Part shown: piece by piece, positions 1 to 10,340 of the stretch
Layout: each line of letters starts with the position of its first letter
Numbering within the stretch: position 1 is the first letter of the stretch
NCBI GenBank assembly: GCA_965649295.1
Contig: CBFGKH010000002.1
Span: 64,001-128,000 of the forward strand
Source of the DNA: a candidate division WOR-3 bacterium
GTDB taxonomy: Bacteria; Hydrothermota; Tepidihabitantia; Tepidihabitantales; Tepidihabitantaceae
Reading direction: 5' to 3'
DNA: 64,000 nucleotides
Program-made: the position numbers and the translations under genes
The notes under the pieces: generated by a model
Seen by the model: only the letters and a program-made list of their open reading frames with translations
Told to the model about the DNA's origin: nothing
The model's database searches: none

Positions 1-286
1 GGTTGTCGTAGAGCGAACGGGCAACGTGTGATTCGGCGGCAAAGTGGACGACGAGGTCAGCGCGACCCACCAGCGCAGTGACAATGTCTGGGTTACAGAC
101 GTTGCCATACCAGAACTCGTAGCGGTCGCGGTCGTCGCGAATGCGGGCCGGGATGTTGTCGGGGTTGCCAGCATAGGTCAGCAGGTCGAGGTTGAGGATG
201 CGGTCACCCGGATGGGTATCGTACCAGTAACGGATGAAATTGGAGCCAATGAAGCCGGCGCCGCCAGTTACAAGAATCGTTCGCAT
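1..286 (-). CDS. rfbB: dTDP-glucose 4,6-dehydratase, 5' part (runs off window)
   Basis: Manual translation: MRTILVTGGAGFIGSNFIRYW...LDLLTYAGN...VVHFAAESHVARS, the RfbB/RmlB N-terminal motifs. Not in the ORF track because it is truncated. Confidence 0.92.
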   Translation of the reverse strand, partial: MRTILVTGGAGFIGSNFIRYWYDTHPGDRILNLDLLTYAGNPDNIPARIRDDRDRYEFWYGNVCNPDIVTALVGRADLVVHFAAESHVARSLYDN

Positions 287-637
287 CGGGCAAGTGTGCC
301 CAAACCAGCGCCCAAGTCAACTGGTGGCAATAATGCCACCGGGTAATGCCATTGGGATTATGGTAGTCGTGGCTCCCTGCTCTCCGGTCAGCGCCAGCAG
401 ATACTAGACTTCGCCAAGCACAATGGCTGCTATTCTGTCGAAGCCTTGGCCGAGGAGTAGCAGACCAGGCTCAACCCGACTCCGGACTACTGGCACTTAC
501 TTCTGTGTCCCGAAGTAGGCGGCTAGCGGTTGAGTCGGAACGTGGTCTTGGCCGACTGGGCCGTCACCAGCCTAAGTACCCGAGAAACCTGCGGATAGGA
601 GCCGGGTTCAGGCTGGCATCGTCGCGACAATGGTCAA

Positions 638-917
638 GGGGGGAGTGACTCCCGGGGTGAGTCGCCAAGGCAGGGTCAGGGCGAGTTTTGGTTCGGATTG
701 CGGGTCGAGTTACGTGTGCAAGTCCTTGGTCAGTAGCGAGTTGAGTTGAGCTAACAGGGTCGGGTCGAAGTCGTAGCGCAGCGGCGGAGCAAGGTGCGGG
801 CGCAGATTCAGGTCGAGGTTGGGCACGAGGATGGAGTCGAGGTGGGAATGGAGCTCGGGCAGCAGCGAACAGGTGAACTGAGCGATGAGCTCGGTATGGG
901 CAGCCGGGACCGATTTC
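638..917. repeat. 12-bp-phased degenerate array 1 (23 units) with palindromic cap GGGAGTGACTCCC
   Basis: Cut into 12-mers from 642: A at position 7 in 20/23 units and G at position 8 in 16/23. Abuts the helicase stop codon. Confidence 0.85.
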
Positions 918-2927
918 TTAGAACCGGCGGTTCCAGGGATTTCGTCTGATGATTGCCTGAATCTGTTCGTCGGTGGGTGGGCCGGTGTGGGTTTCGAGCG
1001 AACAGAGGCCGTCGGACTTCATCAGGGCCTGGGCTTCGGGTGTGAGGAACCGGGTTAGCTGGGCATAGGCGTGGCCGTCGCCCAGGGCAAAGCGTTTGTA
1101 GTAGTAGCGGAGCGGAAAGAGGACATAGAGCCAGTCGCGGGCGCGGGTGAGCGCGACATAGAAGAGCCGTCGTTCTTCCTCGATGCTCTCTTCGTCTTCG
1201 GTGGCCATATCCGAAGGTATCATTCCGTCGGCAGCGTGAATCACATAGACGACCTTCCATTCACAGCCCTTGGCAGAGTGCATTGTCGAGAGTACGAGCC
1301 AGTCTTCGTCGCGGTGGGGCGGGCCGGCAAGGTCGGCGGTTGAGTCGGGCGGGTCCAGGGTCAGGTCGGAAATGAAGTTGGCGCGGCTGCGGTAGCGGCC
1401 GGCAACGCCGACGAGCTGTTCGAGGTCGCGTTCGCGGGGCACGGGATTGTCGTAGAGGCGGAGCAGCAATGGCGCGTAGAACTCGCGCACCCGTTCGACT
1501 TGGGACGCAACCGAGAGGTGCTCGTCGGCGCGGAGTTCAACGAGCAGCCGGGCAAGCCGGTGGTAGTCAGGCTGGGCAGCCGCGGGCAGTTCGATGTCGC
1601 CGAGGCGGGCGAGGTCGTAACCGCGTTCCTCAAGGTCGGCCATGAATCGCTCGGCGGTGCGCGGACCAATGCCATCGAACATCTCGAGCACGCGGAACCA
1701 GCTCATCTCGTCGCGCGGGTTCTCGACAATGCGTAGAAACGCGAGCAGGTCCTTGACGTGGGCGGCTTCGAGAAACTTGAGTCCGCCGTACTTGTGATAG
1801 GGGATGTTGCGCCGGGTGAGCTCGATTTCGAGTTGGTCGGAGTGGTGGCCGGCGCGGAAGAGGACGGCCTGGTGCTGGAGCTTGATGCCGTTCTCGCGGT
1901 GCTGGAGGATGGTGTCACAGACCACCCGTACCTGTTCGTCTTCGTCGCGACAGACGATTAGCCGTGGCCGCTCCTGGCTTTCGCGGCGCGACCAGAGGTT
2001 CTTGGTGTAGCGGAACCGGGCCGGCTGCATCACGGCGTTGGCCAGGGCGAGAATCGGGCCAGTGGAACGGTAGTTCTCTTCGAGTGTGACGACGGTTGTG
2101 CCCGGGAACTGGTTGGGGAAGTCGAGGATGTTTTTGATGGTGGCGGCGCGGAACGAGTAGATGGATTGGGCGTCATCGCCGACCACGGTGATGTTGCGGT
2201 TCTGCTGGCGCAGGCGCTGCAGGATTTCAGCCTGGATGATGTTGGTGTCCTGGTATTCGTCAACCAGGATGTGCTCGAACCGACCCGCCATCAGCTCGGC
2301 AATCGCCGGTATTTCGAGGGTCGCATTCCAGAAGAGGAGCAGGTCGTCGTAGTCAAGGGTCTGCTTCTGCTGCTTGCGTCGGTTGTACTCGTTGAAGATG
2401 AGGCGCAGGCCGGGTTCGGCTTCAAGGCACCACGGGTATTCGCGCCTGAGCACTCGGTCGAGCGGCTCGCGGGAGTTGACGACGCGCGAGTAGATGGCGC
2501 GGATGGTGTGTTTGCGGGGAAAGCGCTTCTCCTTGGCCGCAAACCCGAGCCGGGTGCGGATAAGACCGAGCAGGTCAGCGGAGTCGCCTTCGTCCATCAC
2601 CGTGAAGTCAGGGGAGAGACCGACCGCGCGGCCATATTGGCGAAGGAGGCGATTGGCGATGGCGTGGAACGTGCCGCCCCAGACTTTGGCGGTGGAGTGG
2701 CGGCTGACCGATTCGGCGCGGCGTAGCATCTCCTGGGCAGCGCGGCGGGTGAAGGTCAGTAGCAGGATGCGTTCGGCTGGGACGCCGGAGCGAATCAGAT
2801 AGGCGACGCGGTAGGCAAGGGTGTTGGTCTTGCCGGTGCCGGCGCCGGCGATGATGAGCAGCGGGCCGTCACCGTGGGTGACTGCCTGGCGCTGCTGGGG
2901 GTTGAGTTTGTCGAGCCAGTCGGACAT
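918..2927 (-). CDS. ATP-dependent DNA helicase, UvrD/PcrA/Rep family
   Basis: LNPQQRQAV, AGAGTGKT, VDEYQD, VGDDAQSIYSFR, STMHSAKGCEW and EERRLFYVALTRA motifs. Start taken at MSDWLDKL. Confidence 0.95.
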   Translation of the reverse strand: MSDWLDKLNPQQRQAVTHGDGPLLIIAGAGTGKTNTLAYRVAYLIRSGVPAERILLLTFTRRAAQEMLRRAESVSRHSTAKVWGGTFHAIANRLLRQYGRAVGLSPDFTVMDEGDSADLLGLIRTRLGFAAKEKRFPRKHTIRAIYSRVVNSREPLDRVLRREYPWCLEAEPGLRLIFNEYNRRKQQKQTLDYDDLLLFWNATLEIPAIAELMAGRFEHILVDEYQDTNIIQAEILQRLRQQNRNITVVGDDAQSIYSFRAATIKNILDFPNQFPGTTVVTLEENYRSTGPILALANAVMQPARFRYTKNLWSRRESQERPRLIVCRDEDEQVRVVCDTILQHRENGIKLQHQAVLFRAGHHSDQLEIELTRRNIPYHKYGGLKFLEAAHVKDLLAFLRIVENPRDEMSWFRVLEMFDGIGPRTAERFMADLEERGYDLARLGDIELPAAAQPDYHRLARLLVELRADEHLSVASQVERVREFYAPLLLRLYDNPVPRERDLEQLVGVAGRYRSRANFISDLTLDPPDSTADLAGPPHRDEDWLVLSTMHSAKGCEWKVVYVIHAADGMIPSDMATEDEESIEEERRLFYVALTRARDWLYVLFPLRYYYKRFALGDGHAYAQLTRFLTPEAQALMKSDGLCSLETHTGPPTDEQIQAIIRRNPWNRRF

Positions 2928-2979
2928 CGGTGGAGTATACAAAAGAGAGGAGAAGGGATACAGGACGGAGCAAGGCAGA

Positions 2980-3028
2980 GGGCGAGAAGCCAGAGCGCAG
3001 AAGCCAAGAGGCAAAGGTCAAGAGGCAA
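2980..3028 (+). repeat. Degenerate heptamer tandem repeat (RAGNCAA-like)
   Basis: gggcgag aagccag agcgcag aagccaa gaggcaa aggtcaa gaggcaa. Confidence 0.6.
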
Positions 3029-3192
3029 GGTGCCAGTTGCAGAGCGGGGCAGGTGGAAGGAGGGGGCGAAGGTCAGGGCGAGGCGGATTGGGGGTTGACG
3101 CGAGCTAGGTGGGTCGTATTCTCTTGCAGTAACGCACAGTCGCGCCAGTCAAGACCAGTCAGTCGGTACGTGCGTTATGTAAGGAGGACAGG

Positions 3193-4422
3193 ATGAAGGG
3201 CAAGAAGTCCGTCAGGAAGGCGGCCAGACCGGCCGCAACCAAATCTCCGGACCGGTAACCAGCCGAACCAATCCCGGCTACCAACGCCGACGACTGGGTC
3301 AACCAGATGCTTATCCTTGCGACGCGCGAGCGCGCCGACACAATCCACGTCGAGCAAGGAGTCGAGGGAGTGACCGTTCGCTTGCGCATTGACGGCACGT
3401 TGCGACCAATCCGAGCACCGGAGCAGGCCTTGCAGGAGGCGGTGATTACGCGGCTCAAGAAGATGTCAAGGATGAAGACAGAAGACGACCGGGTGCCCAA
3501 GGATGGACGATTCGGTGCGATTATTGACGGCCGCGAAATCGACTTCCGAGTCTCCAGCTTCCCGACCGCCTACGGCGAAAGCCTGACCCTGCGGGTGCTG
3601 GACCGCGCCACGCTCATTCCGATAGACCAGCTGGGATTCTCGCCCGCAGCCCTGACCAGCGTGCGCGGGATGCTGAGCAAGCCGCGCGGCCTGATTCTTG
3701 TCACCGGTCCGGCCGGCAGCGGCAAGACCACGACCCTTTACGCATTGCTGAGCTACATCGCAAAGAGCGACAAGAAGGTCGTCTCGCTCGAAGACCCGAT
3801 TGAATTCGTCCTGCCGAACGTGACCCAGTCGCAGATTGACCCGCGTTCCGGGTACGACTATCCGACCGCGCTGCGCTTGGTCGCGCGTCAGGACCCGGAC
3901 GTGGTCATGGTTGGCGAGTTGGGCGACGCCGACACGGCGCAAGCGGCCCTGGATACCGTGCTCGGCGGCAATCTGGTACTAGGCTCCATCTCCGCGAACG
4001 ATGCAGGCGAGGCGATTGGCCGCCTGTTGGGAATGGGAATCGACCCGTTGCTGGTTGCTACCGGCCTGGAAGACGTGATTGGGCAGCGACTGGTTCGTCA
4101 AGTCTGTCCGTCCTGCAAGCAGAGCTTTGCGCCGACCAAGACGCAGAGCCTGTGGCTGGGACTCAAGCCCGGGCAGAAGCTCGCCAAGGGCCGCGGCTGC
4201 AAGGAGTGCAAGGGCACCGGTTACAGAGGACGCATTGGGGTCTTCGCGGTGCTGCCGATGACCGAGGAGCTTCGCGACCTCGTGCTCGCGCGGCCGCAGT
4301 TGAGTGAATTGCGTCGGTCCTTTGGCCAGATTGAAGCGGGAGCCCTGAACAAGGACGGGATGGAGAAAGTCAAGGCCGGGCTCATCACTGTCGAAGAGCT
4401 GATGCGGATGGGAAAGGCGTAG
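3193..4422 (+). CDS. GspE/PilB family secretion ATPase; in-frame TAA at 3256 after the strong-RBS start (possible pseudogene, or start at 3307)
   Basis: GPAGSGKTTT, EDPIE, RQDPDVVMVGE and CxxC...CxxC GYRGR motifs. AAGGAGG precedes ATG 3193, in frame with 3307. Confidence 0.85.
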
Positions 4423-4513
4423 CAGCACCCCGGGCAAGCGGTCTGAACCGACCGGCTGTCGGTATTTCGCCTTGGCGCCGGTTCTGCCGGTCATTGTGCC
4501 CGGGTGGGACTGA

Positions 4514-4541
4514 TTGACACTCCAGTACTGGCGGCTAGAAT
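4514..4541 (+). promoter_or_regulatory. sigma70-type promoter of tRNA-Met
   Basis: TTGACA-16nt-TAGAAT just upstream of the tRNA. Confidence 0.65.
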
Positions 4542-4554
4542 CACGGTCCGGCAG

Positions 4555-4627
4555 GCCGGCGTAGCTCAGTTGGTAGAGCAACGGAATCATAATCCGTGTG
4601 TCAGGGGTTCGACTCCCTTCGCCGGCA
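4555..4627 (+). tRNA. tRNA-Met (CAT), probably elongator; CCA not encoded
   Basis: Acceptor stem GCCGGCG/CGCCGGC, D arm TAGCTCAGTTGGTAGAGC, anticodon arm ACGGA-ATCATAA-TCCGT, T loop GGTTCGACTCC. Confidence 0.92.
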
Positions 4628-4725
4628 TCGCGAGACATGATACAATGAAGATTCTGCTGATTGTCTTGAACTTACGGAGCGCGGCGGGGCCTTGGGCCCC
4701 GCTTTTGCCTTGACAGGAGGACGCC

Positions 4726-5655
4726 ATGGGTCTGGAAGAGACCAAGTCGCAGTACATCTGGATGAACGGCAAGTATGTGCCGTGGGACGATGCCAAGATT
4801 CATATCTGCTCGCATGTCATCCATTATGGGACCGGGGTTTTTGAGGGGATTCGGTGTTACAAGACACCGACCGGGCCAGCGATTTTCCGGGCCAAGGACC
4901 ATACCGACCGACTGTTCAACTCGGCCAAGATCTACCGGATGGATATCCCGTTTACCAAGGACGAGATAAATGCGGCAATGGTTGACCTTATCAAGAAGAA
5001 CAACCTGCAGGAGTGCTACATCCGGCCGATTGTCTATCGTGGGTACAAAGAGCTGGGGGTGAATCCGTTCGGCTGCCCAGTTGACGTCGCCCTGATTACC
5101 TGGTACTGGGGCAAGTATCTCGGGCCGGAGGCGCTCGAACAGGGTGTTGATGTGATGGTGTCTTCCTGGAACCGAATGGCGCCGAACACCTTCCCGGCTA
5201 TGGCCAAGACCTGCGCGAACTATATGAACTCGCAGCTCATCAAGATGGAGGCAATCAAGTATGGGTTTGTCGAGGGAATCGCGCTGGACGTGAACGGCTT
5301 CCTTTCCGAGGGCTCGGGCGAGAATCTGTTTGTGGTGAAGGACGGCGTCATCCACACGCCGCCCTTGCATGCCACGGTGCTGCCTGGTATCACTCGGGCA
5401 ACGATAATCACGCTCGCCCGGGAGCTCGGTTATACGGTGATTGAGACGATGATGTTGCGGGAGTTCCTCTACATTGCCGACGAGGTGTTCTTCACCGGTA
5501 GTGCGGCTGAGGTGACACCCATCCGATCAGTGGACAAGATTCCGATCGGCACGGGCAAGTGTGGGCCGATAACGAAGCGGTTGCAGGAGGAGTTCTTTGC
5601 CGTCATTGATGGCAAGAAGCCGGACAGCCACGGCTGGCTGACGTTCGTCAGGTGA
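4726..5655 (+). CDS. ilvE: Branched-chain amino acid aminotransferase
   Basis: HYGTGVFEGIRCY, EGSGENLF, LPGITR and FFTGSAAEVTPI motifs; GGAGG RBS. Confidence 0.96.
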   Translation: MGLEETKSQYIWMNGKYVPWDDAKIHICSHVIHYGTGVFEGIRCYKTPTGPAIFRAKDHTDRLFNSAKIYRMDIPFTKDEINAAMVDLIKKNNLQECYIRPIVYRGYKELGVNPFGCPVDVALITWYWGKYLGPEALEQGVDVMVSSWNRMAPNTFPAMAKTCANYMNSQLIKMEAIKYGFVEGIALDVNGFLSEGSGENLFVVKDGVIHTPPLHATVLPGITRATIITLARELGYTVIETMMLREFLYIADEVFFTGSAAEVTPIRSVDKIPIGTGKCGPITKRLQEEFFAVIDGKKPDSHGWLTFVR

Positions 5656-6089
5656 AGGTTGCGCTCGGAGCCGACCATCGGGGCTATGCCTTGAAGGAAC
5701 GGCTACGAAAGTTGCTCATCAGTCTTGGTCACGAGGCCATTGACTTTGGGCCGACCAGTGCCGAGCCGGTTGATTATCCTGACTATGCGTTGGTTGTGGC
5801 CAGGGCGGTAAGTGAGGGCCGGGCCGATCGGGGAATCCTCATCTGTTCAACCGGTATCGGCATGTCAATCGCTGCCAATCGGCTGCCAATGGTGCGGGCA
5901 GCGCTTTGCGACAGCGTTCGCCTGGCCAGGCTGAGCCGCGAGCACAACAATGCCAATATTCTCTGCTTGGGAGCCGATGTTGTTAGCCCGGCGTTGGCCC
6001 AGCGAATTGTGCGGGTCTGGCTCCGGACTGAGTTTGCGGGCGGACGGCATGCTCGCCGGCTGGGTAAGATTGAGCGCGGCCGCGGCTAG
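5652..6089 (+). CDS. rpiB: Ribose-5-phosphate isomerase B
   Basis: GADHRG, DYPD, CSTGIGMSIAAN, REHNNAN and GGRH motifs. Confidence 0.95.
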   Translation: MKVALGADHRGYALKERLRKLLISLGHEAIDFGPTSAEPVDYPDYALVVARAVSEGRADRGILICSTGIGMSIAANRLPMVRAALCDSVRLARLSREHNNANILCLGADVVSPALAQRIVRVWLRTEFAGGRHARRLGKIERGRG

Positions 6090-7319
6090 CTACTGCCGCA
6101 GCATCAGGGTGATGAGAATCGTGGCGACCGGGATGCCGACCGCACTGATAATAGTCACGTAGTCCTGCCACCACTTGAGGGAGACGCGCGGTATCATGAT
6201 GATGTCGCCCGGCTCGACGATAGGGTTGTCGCGGGTGCTGATCGTGCGGCCGTCGCGCTGAATGTGAGCGTATTTCAGGTTGGCGTAGTGGGTTGGCCCG
6301 CCCGCTTGACCGAGATAGTCGCTGAAGCGCTGGTTGGGCGAGTAGGCGTAGGCCTTGGGCTCGCGGACTTCGCCTTCAACATAGACTAGCGTGTTGACCG
6401 GCGGCACGACGACGATGTCGCCGTTCATCAGTTCGATGTCGAGGTCGGTATTCTGCTCGTAGATGATGCGGCGCAGGTCAACCGGCAGGCGTTTACGTGC
6501 GCCGTTGCCGCCGACGATCAGCCGTTCGACATAGGCGTTGGACATGTCGGCCCAAGGGGTTATGCCGCCAGCCCGACCGATAACACCAGATACACGCTCA
6601 CCGGGCCGTAGCTCATAGATGCCCTCGCTGACGCGCTCTTTCTCGGTGGTCAGGGTTGACGACCGGAGCCGGTATTCGCCCCGACCAAAGACCGCTCCTT
6701 TGACTGTGACCAAGGCTTCAACCGGCGGCACCCGAATGATATCGCCGGACTGAACAAAGGGATTGGCCGACAGGTCACCGTCATTCTCGAACCGTTCCAG
6801 GTCAACGGTCGTATAAAGCGCACCGTCGCGAATCAACTGAATATTGGAGCGAGAGCCAAGCGGCGCCAAGCCGCCGGCCCGGGCAATTATCTGGGAGACT
6901 CGCTCGACCGGCGAGGCCAGGACTGTGCCCGGATTCTGGACTTCACCGGTCAAAAAGACGACGGCGGTGCGCAGGCCGGTCAGCGTCAGTTTCACCCGCA
7001 CCTGCTTGTAATAGCGGCTCATCGCCAAGGTCAGGGTCTCTTCGGCCGCGGTTACAGTCAGCCCACTTACGGGCACGGCGTCAACGATTCCAACCTTGGG
7101 GATGCTGATGGGAACGCGGCCTTCATAGGTGACAGCGGCCTCGTTGCTGAAGGTTATGCTGCCGGTAACCGTGATGAGCAGCCGGTCCCCAGGCATCAGG
7201 ACGTACTGTTCAGAGATGATTGGGCTCTCGACACCAGTGGCTGACGGTATTGGCAGCGCTGCTTCCTGAGCGATTGCGGGCAGGAGCAACACAAGCAGTA
7301 GCAGGGAGTTCCGCGTCAT
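6090..7319 (-). CDS. Polysaccharide export protein with SLBB domains (Wza/KpsD-like)
   Basis: Signal peptide, YVLMPGDRL Poly_export motif, repeated GEV..PG...AGG SLBB motifs. Confidence 0.85.
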   Translation of the reverse strand: MTRNSLLLLVLLLPAIAQEAALPIPSATGVESPIISEQYVLMPGDRLLITVTGSITFSNEAAVTYEGRVPISIPKVGIVDAVPVSGLTVTAAEETLTLAMSRYYKQVRVKLTLTGLRTAVVFLTGEVQNPGTVLASPVERVSQIIARAGGLAPLGSRSNIQLIRDGALYTTVDLERFENDGDLSANPFVQSGDIIRVPPVEALVTVKGAVFGRGEYRLRSSTLTTEKERVSEGIYELRPGERVSGVIGRAGGITPWADMSNAYVERLIVGGNGARKRLPVDLRRIIYEQNTDLDIELMNGDIVVVPPVNTLVYVEGEVREPKAYAYSPNQRFSDYLGQAGGPTHYANLKYAHIQRDGRTISTRDNPIVEPGDIIMIPRVSLKWWQDYVTIISAVGIPVATILITLMLRQ

Positions 7320-7343
7320 CGCGGCAATTGTAGGTTGGTGGTT

Positions 7344-9530
7344 CTAGACTGTCAAATCGCCACTTGTCTGTGCCAGCAGCAGACCGAGAGAGCTTGTTAG
7401 CTTGATTGCGAGCGCGGCCAGGGCTGCTGCGGCCAGACCAAGGGCGGGAACCAGTACCAGGCTTGTTGCCAATCCGCCGACAAAGCCACCGGTCAGGTCA
7501 AGGGCAGTGATGAGGCCGGTGCGACGGCGAACTGGCTGGCCGGCAGTTGCCAGTGAGAATTGGAGGCCGAGCGCGATACCGACGAGGAGATTGAGAAGTA
7601 GAAGGAGGACTGCCGGCAGCGAAGTCAGCCAGACGAGACTGGCGAGCAGGCCGAGCAGGATGTCGGCAACCAAGAAGGCTCTTGGTGAGACACGACCGCC
7701 AATCGAACTGCCGAGTACGGTTCCGGCCATGAACGCGGCAGTAAGCACTGCCAGGCTCCAATAGACTGAGCCATAGCGCAACTGCCAGGAGAAGAGAACT
7801 AGTATCGGCAGGGCGGCGCCGGTGAATCCCGAGGATAGAATTGCCCACGGCACGGCGAAGGCCGAACGCCGGCGCCAGGCCAGAATTAGGACGACGAGAG
7901 CCAGTCCGGCAGCCATCAACCCCAGCGTCGAGGGCCGGATGCGGCTGACTGCTGTCCAGAGTCTTGCTGATGCTGGGGATGCGAGTCGGCTTTCCCTAAT
8001 CAGTGTAGCGAGAAGTTCTGACCGGGCAGCGTCGGCTGACCCTTCGACTGCGGCCTGCAACTGCTGCTGGCGCAGCGGACTGAAAAGCGAGGCGAGGTAG
8101 CCACTGTCGAGCAGCAGCCAGTTGCCAGGCGGAAGTGGTCCCGATAGAACTGGGCGATTCGCGGCGATGAGCAGCGGAAAGTCGAGGGCCAGTAACTGAA
8201 CGTGAGGAAAGATTGCTGCCAGTTGGCGGCGGCGGTGGGCAAGGAGAGTGGTCAGGTCGCTACTGAGTGCGGCTGGGTCACCAGGGCCAGGAATTGCCAG
8301 TGTTCCGGCAGGGGTCAGCCTTGTTCGACAGCGACGGTAGAAGTCTGGGGTGAAGAGGCGGCTGCTAGCGAGTGTTGTCGGCGCGGGTAGGAGCAGGATG
8401 ATGCAGTCGAAGGAGTCCCTGGTATTGCGTAGAAACGCGACCGGGTCCTGAGCCAGTACCCGGACATGCGGGTCGGCAAGCTGACTAGCAACAGTCGGGT
8501 CAATCCTCTTGATGGTGCTGGTCAGGCGAGCGTCAGGCTGGAGAATTGTAATCGCCAGTTCTGGCCAGTTGCGGGCAGCAGCCGCGGGCGCGCCCAGGCC
8601 TTGGCCGATGAGGAGGAGCTGGCGCGGATTACTAGCAGCGAGCAATGGCACTGCCACGAGCTCTTCGGCGGCAAGCGGGTCTAGCGCCGGAATTGTGTGA
8701 ACCGGGACGCCGTCGTAGAGCACGGTCGGACTGCCGGCTCGCTCGATGACAACAGTCAGGCCGTAGCGGGATGGTGTCAGGCTAGTTGCCTGGTAGCCAG
8801 GCCAAGCAAGCTGCCAGCATCCTAGTTCGAGCCTCGGTCCGGCAATCGCCAGCCCAAGGAGTATCGGTACCAGAAGCCAAGGCAGCATCCTGTGCTCGCT
8901 ACTGCCTGCGCCATTCTCCTTTTTCGGCGAAGGAGCGGGCAGGAAGAGAACAAGCGGCAGGGCGCTAGCAGCGAGCGTGGACAGGGTTGGGGCGCCGAGC
9001 GCGAAGAGCACCGCGAGCAGCAGTCCGGCTGTGACCGTGCCGGCACCGCGCCAGCAATAGGCTCGGCCACCCGAGCCAAGGCGGCTAGCAGCCCAGACAA
9101 ACAGCCAACCATGGCTCCAAGCCGGGATGAGTGTGAAGGTGAAGAGTATGGCGATTAGCGTTGGGATGGTCAGGGTTTGGCCTGGAGCAAGGCCGATGAT
9201 TCGGCGCACTGGGACGATTGCTGCTGCGGCTAGGACAGTGCCAACGATGGCGACGATGACAATCAGCGATAGATAGCGGGTCTCTTGCCTGGCCTTGATT
9301 TCTTCTTGCAGTGGCAAGGAAACGGTAAGAGAAGGGCCAGGATGGCGTGCGGCACCGGTCCAGCGGGAGCGACCAGCGATGGCAGCGCCAATTGCCTCCC
9401 AGAGGAGCCAGGCTGAGACGGCGATGCCGAGGGTCAGTTCGTTGCCAGCAAACGTGGCCATGAACTGGCGCAGGAGCACGGCTTGGGCGACAAGGCCGAA
9501 GAGTCCAAGGCTGAACAGCAGGTCTGGCAC
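7344..9530 (-). CDS. Membrane protein with spermidine-synthase-like SAM domain
   Basis: Multi-TM N- and C-termini (GNELTLG...; GGFVGG) flanking LLIGQGLG...DPVAFL...FDCII...FTPDFY. Confidence 0.7.
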   Translation of the reverse strand: MPDLLFSLGLFGLVAQAVLLRQFMATFAGNELTLGIAVSAWLLWEAIGAAIAGRSRWTGAARHPGPSLTVSLPLQEEIKARQETRYLSLIVIVAIVGTVLAAAAIVPVRRIIGLAPGQTLTIPTLIAILFTFTLIPAWSHGWLFVWAASRLGSGGRAYCWRGAGTVTAGLLLAVLFALGAPTLSTLAASALPLVLFLPAPSPKKENGAGSSEHRMLPWLLVPILLGLAIAGPRLELGCWQLAWPGYQATSLTPSRYGLTVVIERAGSPTVLYDGVPVHTIPALDPLAAEELVAVPLLAASNPRQLLLIGQGLGAPAAAARNWPELAITILQPDARLTSTIKRIDPTVASQLADPHVRVLAQDPVAFLRNTRDSFDCIILLLPAPTTLASSRLFTPDFYRRCRTRLTPAGTLAIPGPGDPAALSSDLTTLLAHRRRQLAAIFPHVQLLALDFPLLIAANRPVLSGPLPPGNWLLLDSGYLASLFSPLRQQQLQAAVEGSADAARSELLATLIRESRLASPASARLWTAVSRIRPSTLGLMAAGLALVVLILAWRRRSAFAVPWAILSSGFTGAALPILVLFSWQLRYGSVYWSLAVLTAAFMAGTVLGSSIGGRVSPRAFLVADILLGLLASLVWLTSLPAVLLLLLNLLVGIALGLQFSLATAGQPVRRRTGLITALDLTGGFVGGLATSLVLVPALGLAAAALAALAIKLTSSLGLLLAQTSGDLTV

Positions 9531-9806
9531 TGCAGCCCAATCGTAGGTCAGGTTCGGGTCAAGTCAACCGGCCAGTGTCGGGGAGCAGTTGACGACTGCC
9601 AGCGTGGTCAGCGTGGTAGGCCGGCAGCGACGGTCAAGACAGAGAGTCTTGTGACTAAGAGCAGCGAGGGGCGCAAGCACAGGGTTAGCAGGATGGGGGT
9701 AAGTCTGAGACCCTGGGCCTGCTGTCGGCAGCCGCAAATTGGCCATTGACAGTTGTAGCTAGTCCAACCGATACTTGTCCGGGACAGTAACTATAAAGGA
9801 GGCCCT

Positions 9807-10256
9807 GTGCTTCGTGAGTTCAAGGAGTTCATCGCTCGCGGTAACGTGATGGACATGGCCGTAGGGATCGTCATCGGTGCGGCGTTCGGTGCGATCATCA
9901 ATTCCTTTGTTAAGGATGTGATCATGCCGCCGATTGGGCTGCTGCTGGGCAAGGTTGACTTTGCCAACCTGCATGTGGTCCTAAAGGAAGGCACAACACC
10001 AGGTCCATATCCGACCCTGGCAGCGGCACAAGCAGCCGGAGCGACAACCCTGAATTACGGGTTGTTCATCAACGCCGTCATTAGTTTTCTAATAATCGGC
10101 CTGGCGGTGTTCATCATGGTAAAGGGTGTGAACCAGCTCAAGCGACCCAAGCCAGCGCCGGCAGCAGTGCCGACAACTAAGTCGTGTCCATACTGCTGCA
10201 CCGAGATACCAATTAAGGCGACCCGCTGCCCGCACTGCACGTCGCAGCTCGGTTAG
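9807..10256 (+). CDS. mscL: Large-conductance mechanosensitive channel with C-terminal zinc ribbon
   Basis: [30 protein letters not shown]; tail CPYC...CPHC. Confidence 0.96.
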   Translation: MLREFKEFIARGNVMDMAVGIVIGAAFGAIINSFVKDVIMPPIGLLLGKVDFANLHVVLKEGTTPGPYPTLAAAQAAGATTLNYGLFINAVISFLIIGLAVFIMVKGVNQLKRPKPAPAAVPTTKSCPYCCTEIPIKATRCPHCTSQLG

Positions 10257-10340
10257 CTGGTTGTGGTCTAGCTTGACCGCAACCGGCCAGCGGTCATAAT
10301 TGCCGACGACTGCTAAGAATAGCTGCCCAAAGGAGGCAAG

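Noticed and set aside
642..917. Arrays as genes for Leu-every-fourth-residue proteins (phased SAG reads as CTS on the minus strand)
   Set aside because: That frame has a stop inside array 1 (710-712) and array 2 (39112-39114) and lacks a start or RBS covering the array. Array 4 has a 1-bp slip. Disfavoured, but not formally excluded.
638..917. CRISPR array or classical VNTR
   Set aside because: No identical repeats with unique spacers, no cas genes, and units share only 2-4 positions.
9600..9701. Possible fifth, degenerate 12-bp array ending in AGGATGGGGG
   Set aside because: The cap-like end is present, but phasing holds for only about 3-4 units, which is too weak to call by eye.
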